DNA of 64,000 nt from Williopsis jadinii (GCA_024346625.1 AP024665.1:1922001-1986000), one strand, 5' to 3'; numbered from the stretch's first letter, positions 10,779 through 21,616 are shown. Numbers and translations are program-made. Notes: generated from the letters alone by a model not told the origin.

Positions 10779-11438
10779 ATGACCGATCAGTCGAAGGGTA
10801 CTATTCCTCCAACATATATTCAGAGTCAAGACGCGGCGCAGGCTCACCAACAACCACAGCAGCAGGCCTTTCCACAGCAGCAGGCTTATCCTCAACAGAG
10901 CTATCCACAACAACAGGGGTTTCCACCACAGGGCTATCCACAACAACAGGGGTTTCCACCACAGGGCTATCCACCTCAAGGCTATCCACCACAGGGCTAT
11001 CCACCACAGGGTTATCCTCAGCAGGGCTATCCACCGCAACAGGGCTATCCCCAACATGCCTACCCCCAACATGGCTATCCTCCTGCACAACAACAACCGC
11101 AAACCACAGTAGTAGTCGTGCAGCCTAATCAACCAGAGCCACAACAGCAGCCAGTTCAACAGCAGCCAGTTCAACAGCAACCAGTTCAGCAGACAACAAC
11201 CTCGAGAGGCATGAGCCCAGGTATGGGAGTTGCAGGAGGGTTGTTAGCTGGTGCACTTATTGCCAACCGTATGGATAGAAGACGTGTAAGACGTGATGTC
11301 GCTGTTGCAAGTGCTGTAAGTCGTGGCCCAGTACCTCCTCCAGCACCTGCTCCAAGCGGTTTCGGTGGTGGTGGCATCCTTGGTGGTGGATTAGGTGGTG
11401 GAAGATTGGGTCGTCGTGGCGGCTTTGGTAGAAGATAA
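10779..11438 (+). CDS. Pro/Gln/Tyr-repeat protein with glycine-zipper helix and Arg/Gly tail, 219 aa
   Basis: First ATG 10779; TATATAAAG at 10689; (PPQGY)n and (QQQPV)n repeats; [28 protein letters not shown] end. Confidence 0.78.
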   Translation: MTDQSKGTIPPTYIQSQDAAQAHQQPQQQAFPQQQAYPQQSYPQQQGFPPQGYPQQQGFPPQGYPPQGYPPQGYPPQGYPQQGYPPQQGYPQHAYPQHGYPPAQQQPQTTVVVVQPNQPEPQQQPVQQQPVQQQPVQQTTTSRGMSPGMGVAGGLLAGALIANRMDRRRVRRDVAVASAVSRGPVPPPAPAPSGFGGGGILGGGLGGGRLGRRGGFGRR

Positions 11439-12217
11439 TGAATCAGAATTTTAGTTGTAGCATCAGGTGTATTGCATTCTAATTTGTCATGCCAGTATTT
11501 GATTGTTTACCATTATGTAGGGGTCATGAGATCTAATTAAGGGACTGTGCACTTTTTGCTCAAGAGAGACGTTACGGGTGGTCGAAATCATGATCCTGCA
11601 AACTAAAGTCGTGATCCAAGAACCATAGCCCTGATCTGAACACGCTTGGTTATGAACCAGAATGGCCACAAGAGGTCTATATACTTGGTCACATTGCCTT
11701 TCTGGGAGGGAGGGTGTTCACAAAGATGTTCCTGCAAGTGCCGATGCCCCCGCCCGAGAACCACCAAGTTAAAACCGGGCGCATCGATAAAGACCCTTTA
11801 TGGTTTACTGAAAGTGATCAGTTATTAATAGTCCTATATTAGTTACACCTAAGTAATCATGGTCAGAGGCCACCGTTAGATAAATGATCACGACTGCTGA
11901 GAGTTTTATGCGCATTCATAGCACTGTAATGCACGGCGGATGATTTTTTGGCGATCGGCTTGGTGATTTGGGCTGTGTTCAGCGAAGAAACCCATGACAA
12001 TGACTGCGCCAAAGTGCCTGACTGAAGCTTCACCATCTGAACTACATGCGCCACCAAAATGACCATGATTATGACCAAGAGGATGATAAGACCAATTGAA
12101 ATTTACACCAACGTTACTGAACAAAGTGTATAAAAACCAATCCAGCTTCCCTTCGATTTGAGTATCAATTCCTACTATGCAGTCTCTCACTATCAACAAG
12201 ATCAACGACACAAATAT

Positions 12218-12490
12218 ATGACAATGGGACATCATCACCATCACCACCACCATCATCATCAACAACACTATTATCAACAGACGCCTCCACCGCCTCCATA
12301 TTATGGTACATATAATGGCCAGTATTCATACGGGTCACCACATAATGGATTAAGTGGCTTCAGCGGTCACGGTTGTGGTCCTGGTGGTCACTTGTTCAGT
12401 GGAATGCTGAACTCTCATCATCACCTTGGACATCACGGTCTTTTTAGCCACCATCGCCACCACCACCATCATCATCATGGTCATTGCTAA
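12218..12490 (+). CDS. His-rich small protein, 90 aa (His10 near N-terminus, His7 near C-terminus)
   Basis: ATG 12218 (or 12224); TATAAAAA at 12129; mixed CAT/CAC codons; PPPPPYY motif. Confidence 0.65.
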   Translation: MTMGHHHHHHHHHHQQHYYQQTPPPPPYYGTYNGQYSYGSPHNGLSGFSGHGCGPGGHLFSGMLNSHHHLGHHGLFSHHRHHHHHHHGHC

Positions 12491-12633
12491 GGGGCATAGT
12501 CGGACCTCGTTATCCAACACACTTGTACATTAGCTAATTGAGAAAATCCATTTCAGTTAATTGTGAATGCTACACAATATGGTATAGAGATGGAAAAGTA
12601 TACAAGAGACTATATTAATGGATTCAGATTTAA

Positions 12634-13881
12634 TCATTCTAAGATGTAGTTACCTAATTTATCCATCTTTAGACCCTCGACTCCCTCTTGTAAAGCTTGG
12701 ATGATTCTCTCATTCTCCTCATCTTCATCGTCCTCTCCATCATCGTCCTCACTATCGTCTTCATCATCGTAACTGTAGTCATCTTCGTCCTCATCCTCGT
12801 CCTCAGCTTCCTCGTCTTCAGCCTCATCGACACCACCTCTCATACTGGCAACAGCATCTTCTAAATCTCTATCATTTTTCTTCTTCTTGCTATAACCACT
12901 GGCTTCAACTTGGATATCCAAATCAGCAATTCTTTCAACATCCCTATGGAAATCAGGATATGCATATTTATAACCTTCACCGTACCCATCTGTATCAAGC
13001 ATACCCTTTTGTTCCTTTGGATCGTATCCGAGTTTCTTTCTGAAAAATCTTCTGATACATTCAACATCCCTCTTGAAGTAGTACTCTGCATCCTGGTGTC
13101 CAATCGAGATACACTGTGGGAAATCGATAACAACAAAGTCCTCTTTATATTGGTCTCTGGCGTCTTCATTGATGATGATAATATTAAACTCATTGAAGTC
13201 ACAGTGAATTAATCCATGGTTTGCCAGCTTCACGATGAACTTCATCAAATCAGAATAAAGTTTAGCCTTATTGGAGTGCTCTCGTAGTTGTCTCATAGTG
13301 AAACCATCAATATACTGCATCAGAACACAATGACGACTATAGTCATACGGCTCAGGAACGCTGAACCCATTCACAAACAAGGTGCTCATGAATTGGTACT
13401 CTTTGTTTGCAGCAAGTCTGGATAAGTACATCCAGGAACCACTAGAACGATTACGAAGGTAGTCACGGTTATTCTTCACAGTTCTAAAAGAGGTACGTCC
13501 CAGTCTGTGGATCTTCAACACTTTTTTACGACCAGCTTGATCACTGACACTGTAAATGTCGGATTCCTTACCGACACCAATGGTCGTATGCAGGGAGTAA
13601 AGGGTCTTTCTGTTGGTCATACTCTTGATCGCCAAGTAGTCATAGCCAGTGTGACTAAGCCTGTAACCATCGTATTTGGCGTTACGTAGTCTTCTGATCA
13701 ACTTCAGCTTCGCCAAATCACTGATACATCTGTTGGTACCACTGATGGAACGTAGACCACCAATGTTATGAATCAAAGACGTTGGCACCACTTCGTGGTT
13801 ACGTGATCCCATTTCAACAGCAGTGAGGACACGGAAGTCATCTGGCGTTAAGTAACGCATATGAGACGTGTCAAGTTTCAT
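12634..13881 (-). CDS. RIO2: Atypical kinase Rio2 (40S maturation), 415 aa
   Basis: MKLDTSHMRYL, GVGKESDIY, HCDFNEFNI, IDFPQ motifs; ATG at 13881. Confidence 0.97.
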   Translation of the reverse strand: MKLDTSHMRYLTPDDFRVLTAVEMGSRNHEVVPTSLIHNIGGLRSISGTNRCISDLAKLKLIRRLRNAKYDGYRLSHTGYDYLAIKSMTNRKTLYSLHTTIGVGKESDIYSVSDQAGRKKVLKIHRLGRTSFRTVKNNRDYLRNRSSGSWMYLSRLAANKEYQFMSTLFVNGFSVPEPYDYSRHCVLMQYIDGFTMRQLREHSNKAKLYSDLMKFIVKLANHGLIHCDFNEFNIIIINEDARDQYKEDFVVIDFPQCISIGHQDAEYYFKRDVECIRRFFRKKLGYDPKEQKGMLDTDGYGEGYKYAYPDFHRDVERIADLDIQVEASGYSKKKKNDRDLEDAVASMRGGVDEAEDEEAEDEDEDEDDYSYDDEDDSEDDDGEDDEDEENERIIQALQEGVEGLKMDKLGNYILE

Positions 13882-13932
13882 TTTCACTTATGTTCTTTAA
13901 TCCAACACTTGAGCCTTAAGGTGATCCTTGGT

Positions 13933-13978
13933 GATGAGATGAGATCACAGGCCAAAAAAACACTCTGGAAAATTTTCA
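13933..13978. promoter_or_regulatory. PAC and RRPE ribosome-biogenesis elements of RIO2
   Basis: GATGAGATGAG at 13933-13943; TGAAAATTTT (minus strand) at 13969-13978. Confidence 0.7.
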
Positions 13979-14118
13979 CATATATCAACAAATTTTTTTC
14001 TACAGCAGCTAAAACAACAAAGGAACAATACTACAAGTGATTCTTAATACATTAAAACGTAAAGAACTACCAATTTTTTTCCTTTATACACAAAAGAAGA
14101 GCCTTATAAAATGCAAGT

Positions 14119-15547
14119 TTAACGAGTGGCCATAGCCTTGGTAACAACTCTCTTCAAACCAACCTCAGCCTTTCTGTAGTCATCAGCAGAGGAGTCTTCA
14201 ACCTCCAAAGCAGCAAGAGCATCAGACAAAGCAGCCTCGATCTTGTCCTTAGAACCTCTCTTCAACTTAGAGGACAAGACTGGGTCAGTAACAGTAGCCT
14301 CGATGGAAGCAACGTAAGACTCCAATCTTTGCTTGGCCTCGTGACGCTTAGAGAAAGCATCATCAGAAGACTTGAACTTCTCAGCATCTTCAATAGCCTT
14401 CTCAATCTCAGCAGTAGACAATCTACCGACAGCGTTAGAGATGGTGATGTTAGCGGACTTACCAGTAGACTTCTCAACGGCAGTGACCTTCAAGATACCG
14501 TTAGCATCAACTTCGAAGATAGCCTCCAAGACTGGCTCACCAGCTGGCATTGGTGGGATGTTCTTCAAGTCGAACTCACCCAACAAGGTGTTCTCAGCAC
14601 AGTTGACACGCTCACCTTGGTAGACTGGGAATTGAACAGTGGTTTGGTGGTCAGCAACGGTGGTGAAAGTTCTTCTCTTGATGGTTGGAACAGTGGTGTT
14701 TCTTGGAACAACTGGAGCAAAGACGTTACCTTGCATAGCAACACCAAGAGACAATGGAGCAACATCCAACAACAACAAGTCCTTGGTGTCTTCGGAAGTA
14801 GATTGACCGGTCAAGATAGCACCTTGAACAGCGGCACCGTAAGCGACAGCCTCATCTGGGTTAATGGACTTCTCCAATTGCTTACCGTCAAAGAAGTCGG
14901 ACAACAACTTTTGGACCTTTGGAATTCTGGTAGAACCACCGACAAGGACAACCTCATCAATTTGGTTCTTAGCAATCTTAGCATCCTTCAAGACTTGCTC
15001 AACTGGCTCCAAGGTAGACTTGAACAAAGCATCGTTGATAGCCTCGAATCTAGCTCTGGAGATGTTGATAGAGAAGTCTTCACCATCGAACAAAGAGTCA
15101 ACCTCAACGGTGGTGGTGGCAACAGAGGACAAAGTTCTCTTAGCCTTCTCAGCAGCAGTTCTCAATCTTCTCAAAGCTCTGGCGTCGGAGGAGATGTCCT
15201 TACCAGTCTTCTTTTGGAAGTCAGCCTTGAAGAACTCCAACAAGTTGGTGTCGAAATCTTGACCACCCAAGTGAGTGTCACCAGCGGTGGACTTGACGGT
15301 GAAGACACCACCAGCCAAGTGCAACAAGGAGACATCGAAAGTACCACCACCCAAATCGAAGATAAGGACGTGTCTCTCCTTGTCGGACTTACCAGCACCC
15401 AAACCGTAAGCAATGGCAGCGGCAGTTGGCTCGTTAATGATACGCAAAACGTTCAAACCGGCAATGGCACCAGCATCCTTGGTGGCCTGACGTTGAGCAT
15501 CGTTGAAGTAAGCTGGAACAGTAATAACAGCCTTCTCAACCTTTTGA

Positions 15548-15582
<35 letters not shown>

Positions 15583-15960
15583 CAAAACCATAGAGGAGAT
15601 CTCTTGTGGAGCAAAGGTCTTCTTCTCACCCAAGTACTCAACCTCAACGAATGGAGCGTCATCCTTCTCGATGACGGTGAATGGCCAGGTCTTGATATCC
15701 TTTTGGACAGACTCCTCATCGAAACGACGACCAATCAAACGCTTAGCATCGAAAACAGTGTTCTTTGGGTTCAAAGCAGCTTGGTTCTTAGCAGCGTCAC
15801 CGATCAATCTCTCCTCTGGAGTGAATGCAACGAAGGATGGAGTAACACGGTTACCTTGCTCGTTGGCAATGATTTCGACAGCAGAGTCGTAAGTAGCAAC
15901 ACATGAGTAAGTGGTACCAAGATCGATACCGATAGCACCTGGGAAGACACCTTCAGCCAT
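14119..15960 (-). CDS. SSB1: Ribosome-associated Hsp70 Ssb, 613 aa
   Basis: [21 protein letters not shown]…VVTKAMATR; no EEVD; strong codon bias. Confidence 0.98.
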
Positions 15961-16031
15961 TTTGAAATATATAAAACTTGTTAGGTTTTGTTGAACAAGA
16001 AGAGGAAGAAGAGAGAGCTGGAAAGAGAGAG

Positions 16032-16075
16032 AAAAAAAATTTCACATCCCAAATGAAAAATTTTTGTCTCTCATC
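16032..16075. promoter_or_regulatory. RRPE x2 and PAC-like site upstream of SSB
   Basis: AAAAATTTCA, TGAAAAATTTT and CTCATC 70-115 bp upstream of the ATG. Confidence 0.55.
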
Positions 16076-16306
16076 ATCAACGACTCTTTTTAGCGAAGAG
16101 TGAAAAAAAGCAGAAAAACATTTCCGAATAGGGCAATGGTCAGTAGTTAAGAGCGTTGACCCGCCAGTATGATAATTACACAAGGAGACTCAACGCAGCT
16201 GTGTAAATGTCAGACCTAACAAAGACAGGGCAAAAAGAAAGAAACTGTGGAATTTTTTGGTGAGGCTTCCAATCAATGATTGATTCTGGTGATAAATAGA
16301 AGTTGC

Positions 16307-17378
16307 TCAATAGTCTGTTACTCCATGTATGCGGTAGTGATAGACCTCAGTTTCGATCATGCTTAGTGCAGTGTTGACCTGTTTGGAACTCCCACTCACT
16401 CGTAAGAATTGTGTTAGTTGCTTACACCTACCGAAGCCAACGGTATTGATGCCATTGATTGCGGTGTTCAAGGGTACCACCTTCACCACTGCGCCGCTTA
16501 TTTCCCTTATCTTGGAGATCTTTGTGCCTCTTTTACCAATGAGGTAGGTGATCTCCTTTCGTGTTAGTTGGACATGCTTGCATATGCGAATATCAGCAAT
16601 GTTGTTCTCCTTTTGGTCCTCGAACGAGTCATCGCCATCACCGTTGTGCCCATGCGACTCTTCATCGCTACACACACATGCAATTCCTCTATACTCTACA
16701 AGTTCTTGCACATGACTGTCCTGCTGTCGCCCTATGAACTTGTTAAGAGCCATGTTCACATCCAACGCAACCACGTTTGCGTGAATGTAATCCATGATAC
16801 AATCTGCAGATGAAGAGTTCATACGCAATGCGTGTCCAATCGTGATATAACGCTCGCACTGAAGCTTCACGTGGCGGGAAGGCGGAGGTTGTATACAGAC
16901 TCGATCAATTAGCAATACAAGCTGGTATCTACATGCCAACCTGCTGTCACATGACAACGTCCTCTGAAGGAAGAGACGAAGCGCCTAAGTTTGTGTCAGT
17001 CCTAGCTCTCAAAACAGGCGAATACCTCTCAGCATGATGAACACTTACAGACCAAATCTCCATAGGCGGGCCCTTCAACTGGAGCAAGACATCTGTTGCT
17101 GTTGTACCAACGCCTCCGGCAAGCACCTCAAGCGTACCTTTCGACCGCCCAGATGAGTTGTGATCGAATACAAAGGCACTAGGACCATATCCAGAGAGCC
17201 AGTGATGTATTTGAACCGTGTTACTCACAACTGTATAGCTTACGGTGTCATTTCCGCCAGCTGTTCCGCTACACCTGGGCGCTAGGAGTCTTAAATAGCC
17301 ATTCTCGTCCAAGAATTGTGCCGCAACGTCGGCAAACGACTCCTGCTCCAGTATTTCCACATCAAGCTCTTCTACCAT
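16307..17378 (-). CDS. MER1: MER1-like KH-domain RNA-binding protein; exons 17378-17049 and 16984-16307, 335 aa
   Basis: C-terminal KH domain (ITYLIGKRGTKISKIREISGAVVKV). A 64-nt phase-0 intron (GTAAGT…GACTGAC…TAG) fuses two track ORFs in frame. Position next to SSB matches YNL210W; the name rests mainly on synteny. Confidence 0.68.
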
Positions 17379-17530
17379 CGTAAAGACGACTATATTGTAC
17401 AGTAAACCATGGTATTACAGCTGATGATCTGTTTACATCTAACTAACCTTTTGTTTTTGTGTAACATCACATCCAAACACCACAAGCGCTACAAGCAATC
17501 AAAACATTTGGAGTGTGCATTCTCGTCTAA

Positions 17531-20500
17531 TCAATGGAAGATGTCCTCTTCTCCCAAGATTTCCTTGGATAGATGTATTATGTTCTCGAGTTCCTCGGTG
17601 ATTGAGGTGAACGCCCTCGAGAATGCCATTCCGTGAACCTCGGTCCAGTGCGTTTTTGAATACGCTGCACCTTCTCTCTCTGAGGTGTTCACCTCTGTTA
17701 ATCTCTGCGACAGGTCATCCAGATTAAGGCGATGAGGGTTATATGAATGGAACCTTTTGTTCTCTTGCTCGGCAATCATATCAAACATCTCTTTTCTGAT
17801 ACTGATTGACGAGGGCAGATACCTTGGGACTGGCATACGGGAGAGAAAGGCGTTGGACAGGATATACAGGATGTAGATGACAGTTGTCACGGAGTCACGG
17901 CGATGAGACAAGAGCGCCTGGGTGGTATCTTCATCCTCATCCTGTTCCCAAACTTTGACGTATATTCCGCTCATTCTTGCCTCGATAATGTTCTCTAGGA
18001 TAGTATCACAACAGTTCAACAGGATTTCGAATATCTCAGGCTTGAATGTATGCGTAACGTCATATTCAGTCTTAGCCTTCGCCAGCAGAATTTTCACAGC
18101 CTCTACGCTCTGTGACATTCTAACTTCCCTGATGTTGGCCAGCTCCAAAGTGAGGTCAGTGGGGTCATCATCCTGATCCCTGTAAAGATATCTTTCACTA
18201 ACTGACTGGTATGACTGTCCGATATGCTGCAACAGCGAGTATGTAGCCTTGTACAGTTCACGTTTTGCAGAGAATGGCCAGATCAGCCAGTTGGTCAAAA
18301 CAGATGTGAATATACTGATAAGAATGGCCAGAGAGACTGGCCATGTATGGTGCCAAACCGACGCAGAGCTTTCAGAGGCAATGATCTTTATATCAAGTGC
18401 AACTATGGTGAAGCTCAGCATGCCCATGAAACTTGAACGTGCATGTTTCTCAACAAGGAACCCGTACGAAAAAGGTATACAAAATAGGATGGCAAACACC
18501 CCGATGACAATGCTATTCTTGAAATGGTGTGCCTGATTAGCAGCCCATCCCCAGAAACAACCCATGAACCAACACATCAGTCTAGTCTTTAGATTAGCCC
18601 ATGTACTAGAGTTCCTTGGACTGATGAAGTAGTAGACCAATATTGGACACCAATAACAACGATAAGTGTAGTACCAATGCCACGAAACTACTAACCATGA
18701 AGGCAATGACAAGAAAAGCACCACAATGGAAACCTTCGTGGCATACTTAGCTTGTGTATCGTTGAGTTCGGAGATCAATTCCCAGAGCTTGAATCTGAGG
18801 GGATTCTTTGTTGAGTGGAAGCTGAAATCATGATGATCAATAGCACGAATAGTTGTGGACGTGCTCTTATGATGCTGTTTGTTTCTTGAGGTGTTTAAAT
18901 TGTAAATTCTTTCAAATGCATCATCAACGTCGATCTTTGTTTCAAAATAGTGATATACAGAGTCTGCACCTTGATCTCTAAGACATTGTTTGGGTAGACG
19001 ACGAAGTGCACGACGCAGAGGATAATTAGGCAGATGTACCCGTCTCCCATGGGATCTTTCAACCGTTTTAGTAATCGCATCTGATAACTTCAAAATCATC
19101 ACAGCAGCTTGTCGTGAATAACGTACGAATAAGAATATGTTAATCACAGCTTCTTCGTTGAGCAAATCTCTTGAGAAGTATTCAGATTTGGCAAATTTCC
19201 GATAAGCTAAATCCATTTGATGGACCTTTGTCTTCAATTGACCCTTCCTCTCATCGAGTTTAACGATCAAGTCAGTTTTATCTCCTAAATTTCCCAAAGT
19301 TTTGATGGTATGTTCGATCTGGTCAATTGTCGCAACCATTTGATGTATCAATTTAAAGAGTGGTTCGTTGAAAGCATCGTTCATGATGGACATGTAAACC
19401 ATATCGTTGTTCAATTTGAAAGGACCCATACCACGTGGTCGAGGTATTGGTGTTATAGTCCCTGAGAATATTGGGGATTGGTTCTCTGAGATGTCAACGT
19501 TCGTCTGTTCTGTACTGGAAAACTTCTCTTGGTCTTTATTTGCGTAGATATTTGTCGGTACTGGGATTGCACGCAATGGTGAAATGACAAAATTGATATG
19601 GTTTCTAATAGCCTTGAGGTCTTCATCATCGAAAAGGGATACCTTAGCACCACTTAGGAACTCTCTGAATGTTTCCGAGAGCACAAGCATATCGTGAATG
19701 AGATTCTTCTGTAAGTTTATAATGATTTCTGAGTCTGAATCCTTATCGATCTCTATGAATGCCAACAGTAATTTCTTGGTATCACCCATACAATTCAACA
19801 ACCCTTTTGTCATGTTTTCAAGACCAAGATATGGGAAGTATACAAAGGACACGAATAGTGAAATAAGTAGACCGAACAGATATGGAATTGCAATATCCCA
19901 ACAATTATGCCATACGACAGTTGCTTCGCTCAGGAAGAGATTTGTCGATAAGAATATTAGTACAAACCCTGAAGTCATGAGACAGTAGTAGAATCTGATG
20001 AAGTACGCCTTAAACCAGCCCATTAAGAAGATACCAATCACCAGCGAGCCTGCAAGGATACCACCCTGGTGGTTTCTTGTCGGCTGTGTCGCTGTAGATA
20101 TGTACAGGGCCAACGACCCCCATCCAAGTCCAATTGCCAGCCCACATATTGACTGTACTGTCAGCTCCACCTGTGCACCGATACTATGCACCGGGTGGTT
20201 TATGATTGTTGATATTGGTAGCCATTCCCTATGATTTCCAAACCATGAACCTGATTTATCTATGAGGCACAACAAGATAGATATGAAGTAAGCGAGCGTA
20301 AACTTTGACACTATCCTCCAGTTCGACAATATCCCAAGAACAGCCGTCCTCACGTCCTTTGGTAAGCTTTCAATCCAAGCATGTATCAGCTTGTTGAATG
20401 ATCTAGGACTGTCGTGTTTAACGCTCATGTGCCTTGCATCACCTTGAGTTGGCGGCTTGGTATATATCGGGTCGAAGAACCCATCTCTCTCCTCGAGAAG

Positions 20501-20698
20501 GTCAAATCTATTGATACAAGTACTAGGGACGTCCTGCTCCTGTAGCAGCTCTTGCAGTTTTAGCTGTGACATTGAGGTTCTGGCGTTATACGCTTGTGAC
20601 ATGCTCTCACTGCTTGAGATCTTGAAGCTCTTCTTCAGCAGATTTTGCTGGTCCTTCCTGAACAGCGGTGTTGAAGAGCCATTACGCGGTGACGGCAT
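17531..20698 (-). CDS. BRE4: Bre4-like multi-pass membrane protein (aromatic-acid exporter/FUSC-like), about 1055 aa
   Basis: Two TM clusters; ERYLYRDQDDDPTDLTLELANIREVRMSQ and HWTEVHGMAFSRAF motifs; lies between SSB and OST4 like YDL231C. First ATG 20698. Confidence 0.82.
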   Translation of the reverse strand: MPSPRNGSSTPLFRKDQQNLLKKSFKISSSESMSQAYNARTSMSQLKLQELLQEQDVPSTCINRFDLLEERDGFFDPIYTKPPTQGDARHMSVKHDSPRSFNKLIHAWIESLPKDVRTAVLGILSNWRIVSKFTLAYFISILLCLIDKSGSWFGNHREWLPISTIINHPVHSIGAQVELTVQSICGLAIGLGWGSLALYISTATQPTRNHQGGILAGSLVIGIFLMGWFKAYFIRFYYCLMTSGFVLIFLSTNLFLSEATVVWHNCWDIAIPYLFGLLISLFVSFVYFPYLGLENMTKGLLNCMGDTKKLLLAFIEIDKDSDSEIIINLQKNLIHDMLVLSETFREFLSGAKVSLFDDEDLKAIRNHINFVISPLRAIPVPTNIYANKDQEKFSSTEQTNVDISENQSPIFSGTITPIPRPRGMGPFKLNNDMVYMSIMNDAFNEPLFKLIHQMVATIDQIEHTIKTLGNLGDKTDLIVKLDERKGQLKTKVHQMDLAYRKFAKSEYFSRDLLNEEAVINIFLFVRYSRQAAVMILKLSDAITKTVERSHGRRVHLPNYPLRRALRRLPKQCLRDQGADSVYHYFETKIDVDDAFERIYNLNTSRNKQHHKSTSTTIRAIDHHDFSFHSTKNPLRFKLWELISELNDTQAKYATKVSIVVLFLSLPSWLVVSWHWYYTYRCYWCPILVYYFISPRNSSTWANLKTRLMCWFMGCFWGWAANQAHHFKNSIVIGVFAILFCIPFSYGFLVEKHARSSFMGMLSFTIVALDIKIIASESSASVWHHTWPVSLAILISIFTSVLTNWLIWPFSAKRELYKATYSLLQHIGQSYQSVSERYLYRDQDDDPTDLTLELANIREVRMSQSVEAVKILLAKAKTEYDVTHTFKPEIFEILLNCCDTILENIIEARMSGIYVKVWEQDEDEDTTQALLSHRRDSVTTVIYILYILSNAFLSRMPVPRYLPSSISIRKEMFDMIAEQENKRFHSYNPHRLNLDDLSQRLTEVNTSEREGAAYSKTHWTEVHGMAFSRAFTSITEELENIIHLSKEILGEEDIFH

Positions 20699-21250
20699 CC
20701 TGTATTCCTCTTCCAATGTGTTGTACCAGCACTAATGAGCCATGGATTGTGTGTCAGATCCAGAGCACATAACACGTTCACAGGCGAATGAGGATGATCT
20801 TTGAAGAGGTACTAAAAAGTTTTTCCGTAGAAACACCAACTTGCAGGGACGAAGACACCATGAGACGCTATCGTAAACACCGCCAACATAATAATTATAT
20901 GATAATTAGACAGTAATCGTATAATTATTATAGTATTGTCATAATTATCACATCAGCTCTGTGGGGTTCATAGACAAATCATGGATCCTTCTTTGGATAC
21001 CGAGCCACGCGTACAGTGCTACAGAGGTATCAGGTGGATACAAATACATATTCCTACACACATCGCCATGGTACATTTCCTCCCTTCCAAAACATATATT
21101 CTAAGCTCTTTTATGAGACAGACACACATCATTCAGTGCCCTTAGTGACCTGTTCCGTCACCTTCCGTGTCGGAAGCTCGCCTCACACGCTCCTTCTCCA
21201 TCACCGTCATTCCAGTAATCTCTCTCCCACAAATCAATTGTGTAGGCAGA

Positions 21251-21367
21251 TTACTCCGCCTTCATGTTCTTCGTCGTTGAAGTGATTGTATGGTACACCA
21301 CAATCAGAGTAAACGTGAGGATACCAAATCCAAGCGCGATGAAGTTAAGCTGGCTGTCGGTGATCAT
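21251..21367 (-). CDS. OST4: Oligosaccharyltransferase subunit Ost4, 38 aa (absent from the ORF track)
   Basis: MITDSQLNFIALGFGILTFTLIVVYHTITSTTKNMKAE matches the Ost4 pattern MISDxQL…LIVxYH; adjacent to BRE4 as in S. cerevisiae. Confidence 0.92.
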   Translation of the reverse strand: MITDSQLNFIALGFGILTFTLIVVYHTITSTTKNMKAE

Positions 21368-21616
21368 CGTTCGTCTTCTGCGTAGTCTATACCGTGCTGC
21401 TTTTACGTGGCTCTTCGCTTCGTCACGTTTTCACCTGTGTACACGGTGGTGTTGACAGGTTGTTCTCACCAATTACTCCCACCGGCAGTGGGAAAACCAG
21501 CCCAGCCGCGAATTTGGTCAACAACCTCTCCCGCAAACAGTCGCAATCAACCACCGCGGAGGCAGAGACGCTTCTGTTATACAGTGTCACAGCGAGATCA
21601 ACGGCCGTAACCAAGC

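Noticed and set aside
14329..15906. 525-aa antisense ORF over SSB
   Set aside because: Long antisense frames are a known by-product of biased codon use in Hsp70 genes; no ATG start and no domain.
16947..17378. Separate 143-aa gene, or a frameshifted pseudogene
   Set aside because: Better explained as exon 1 of the spliced MER1-like gene.
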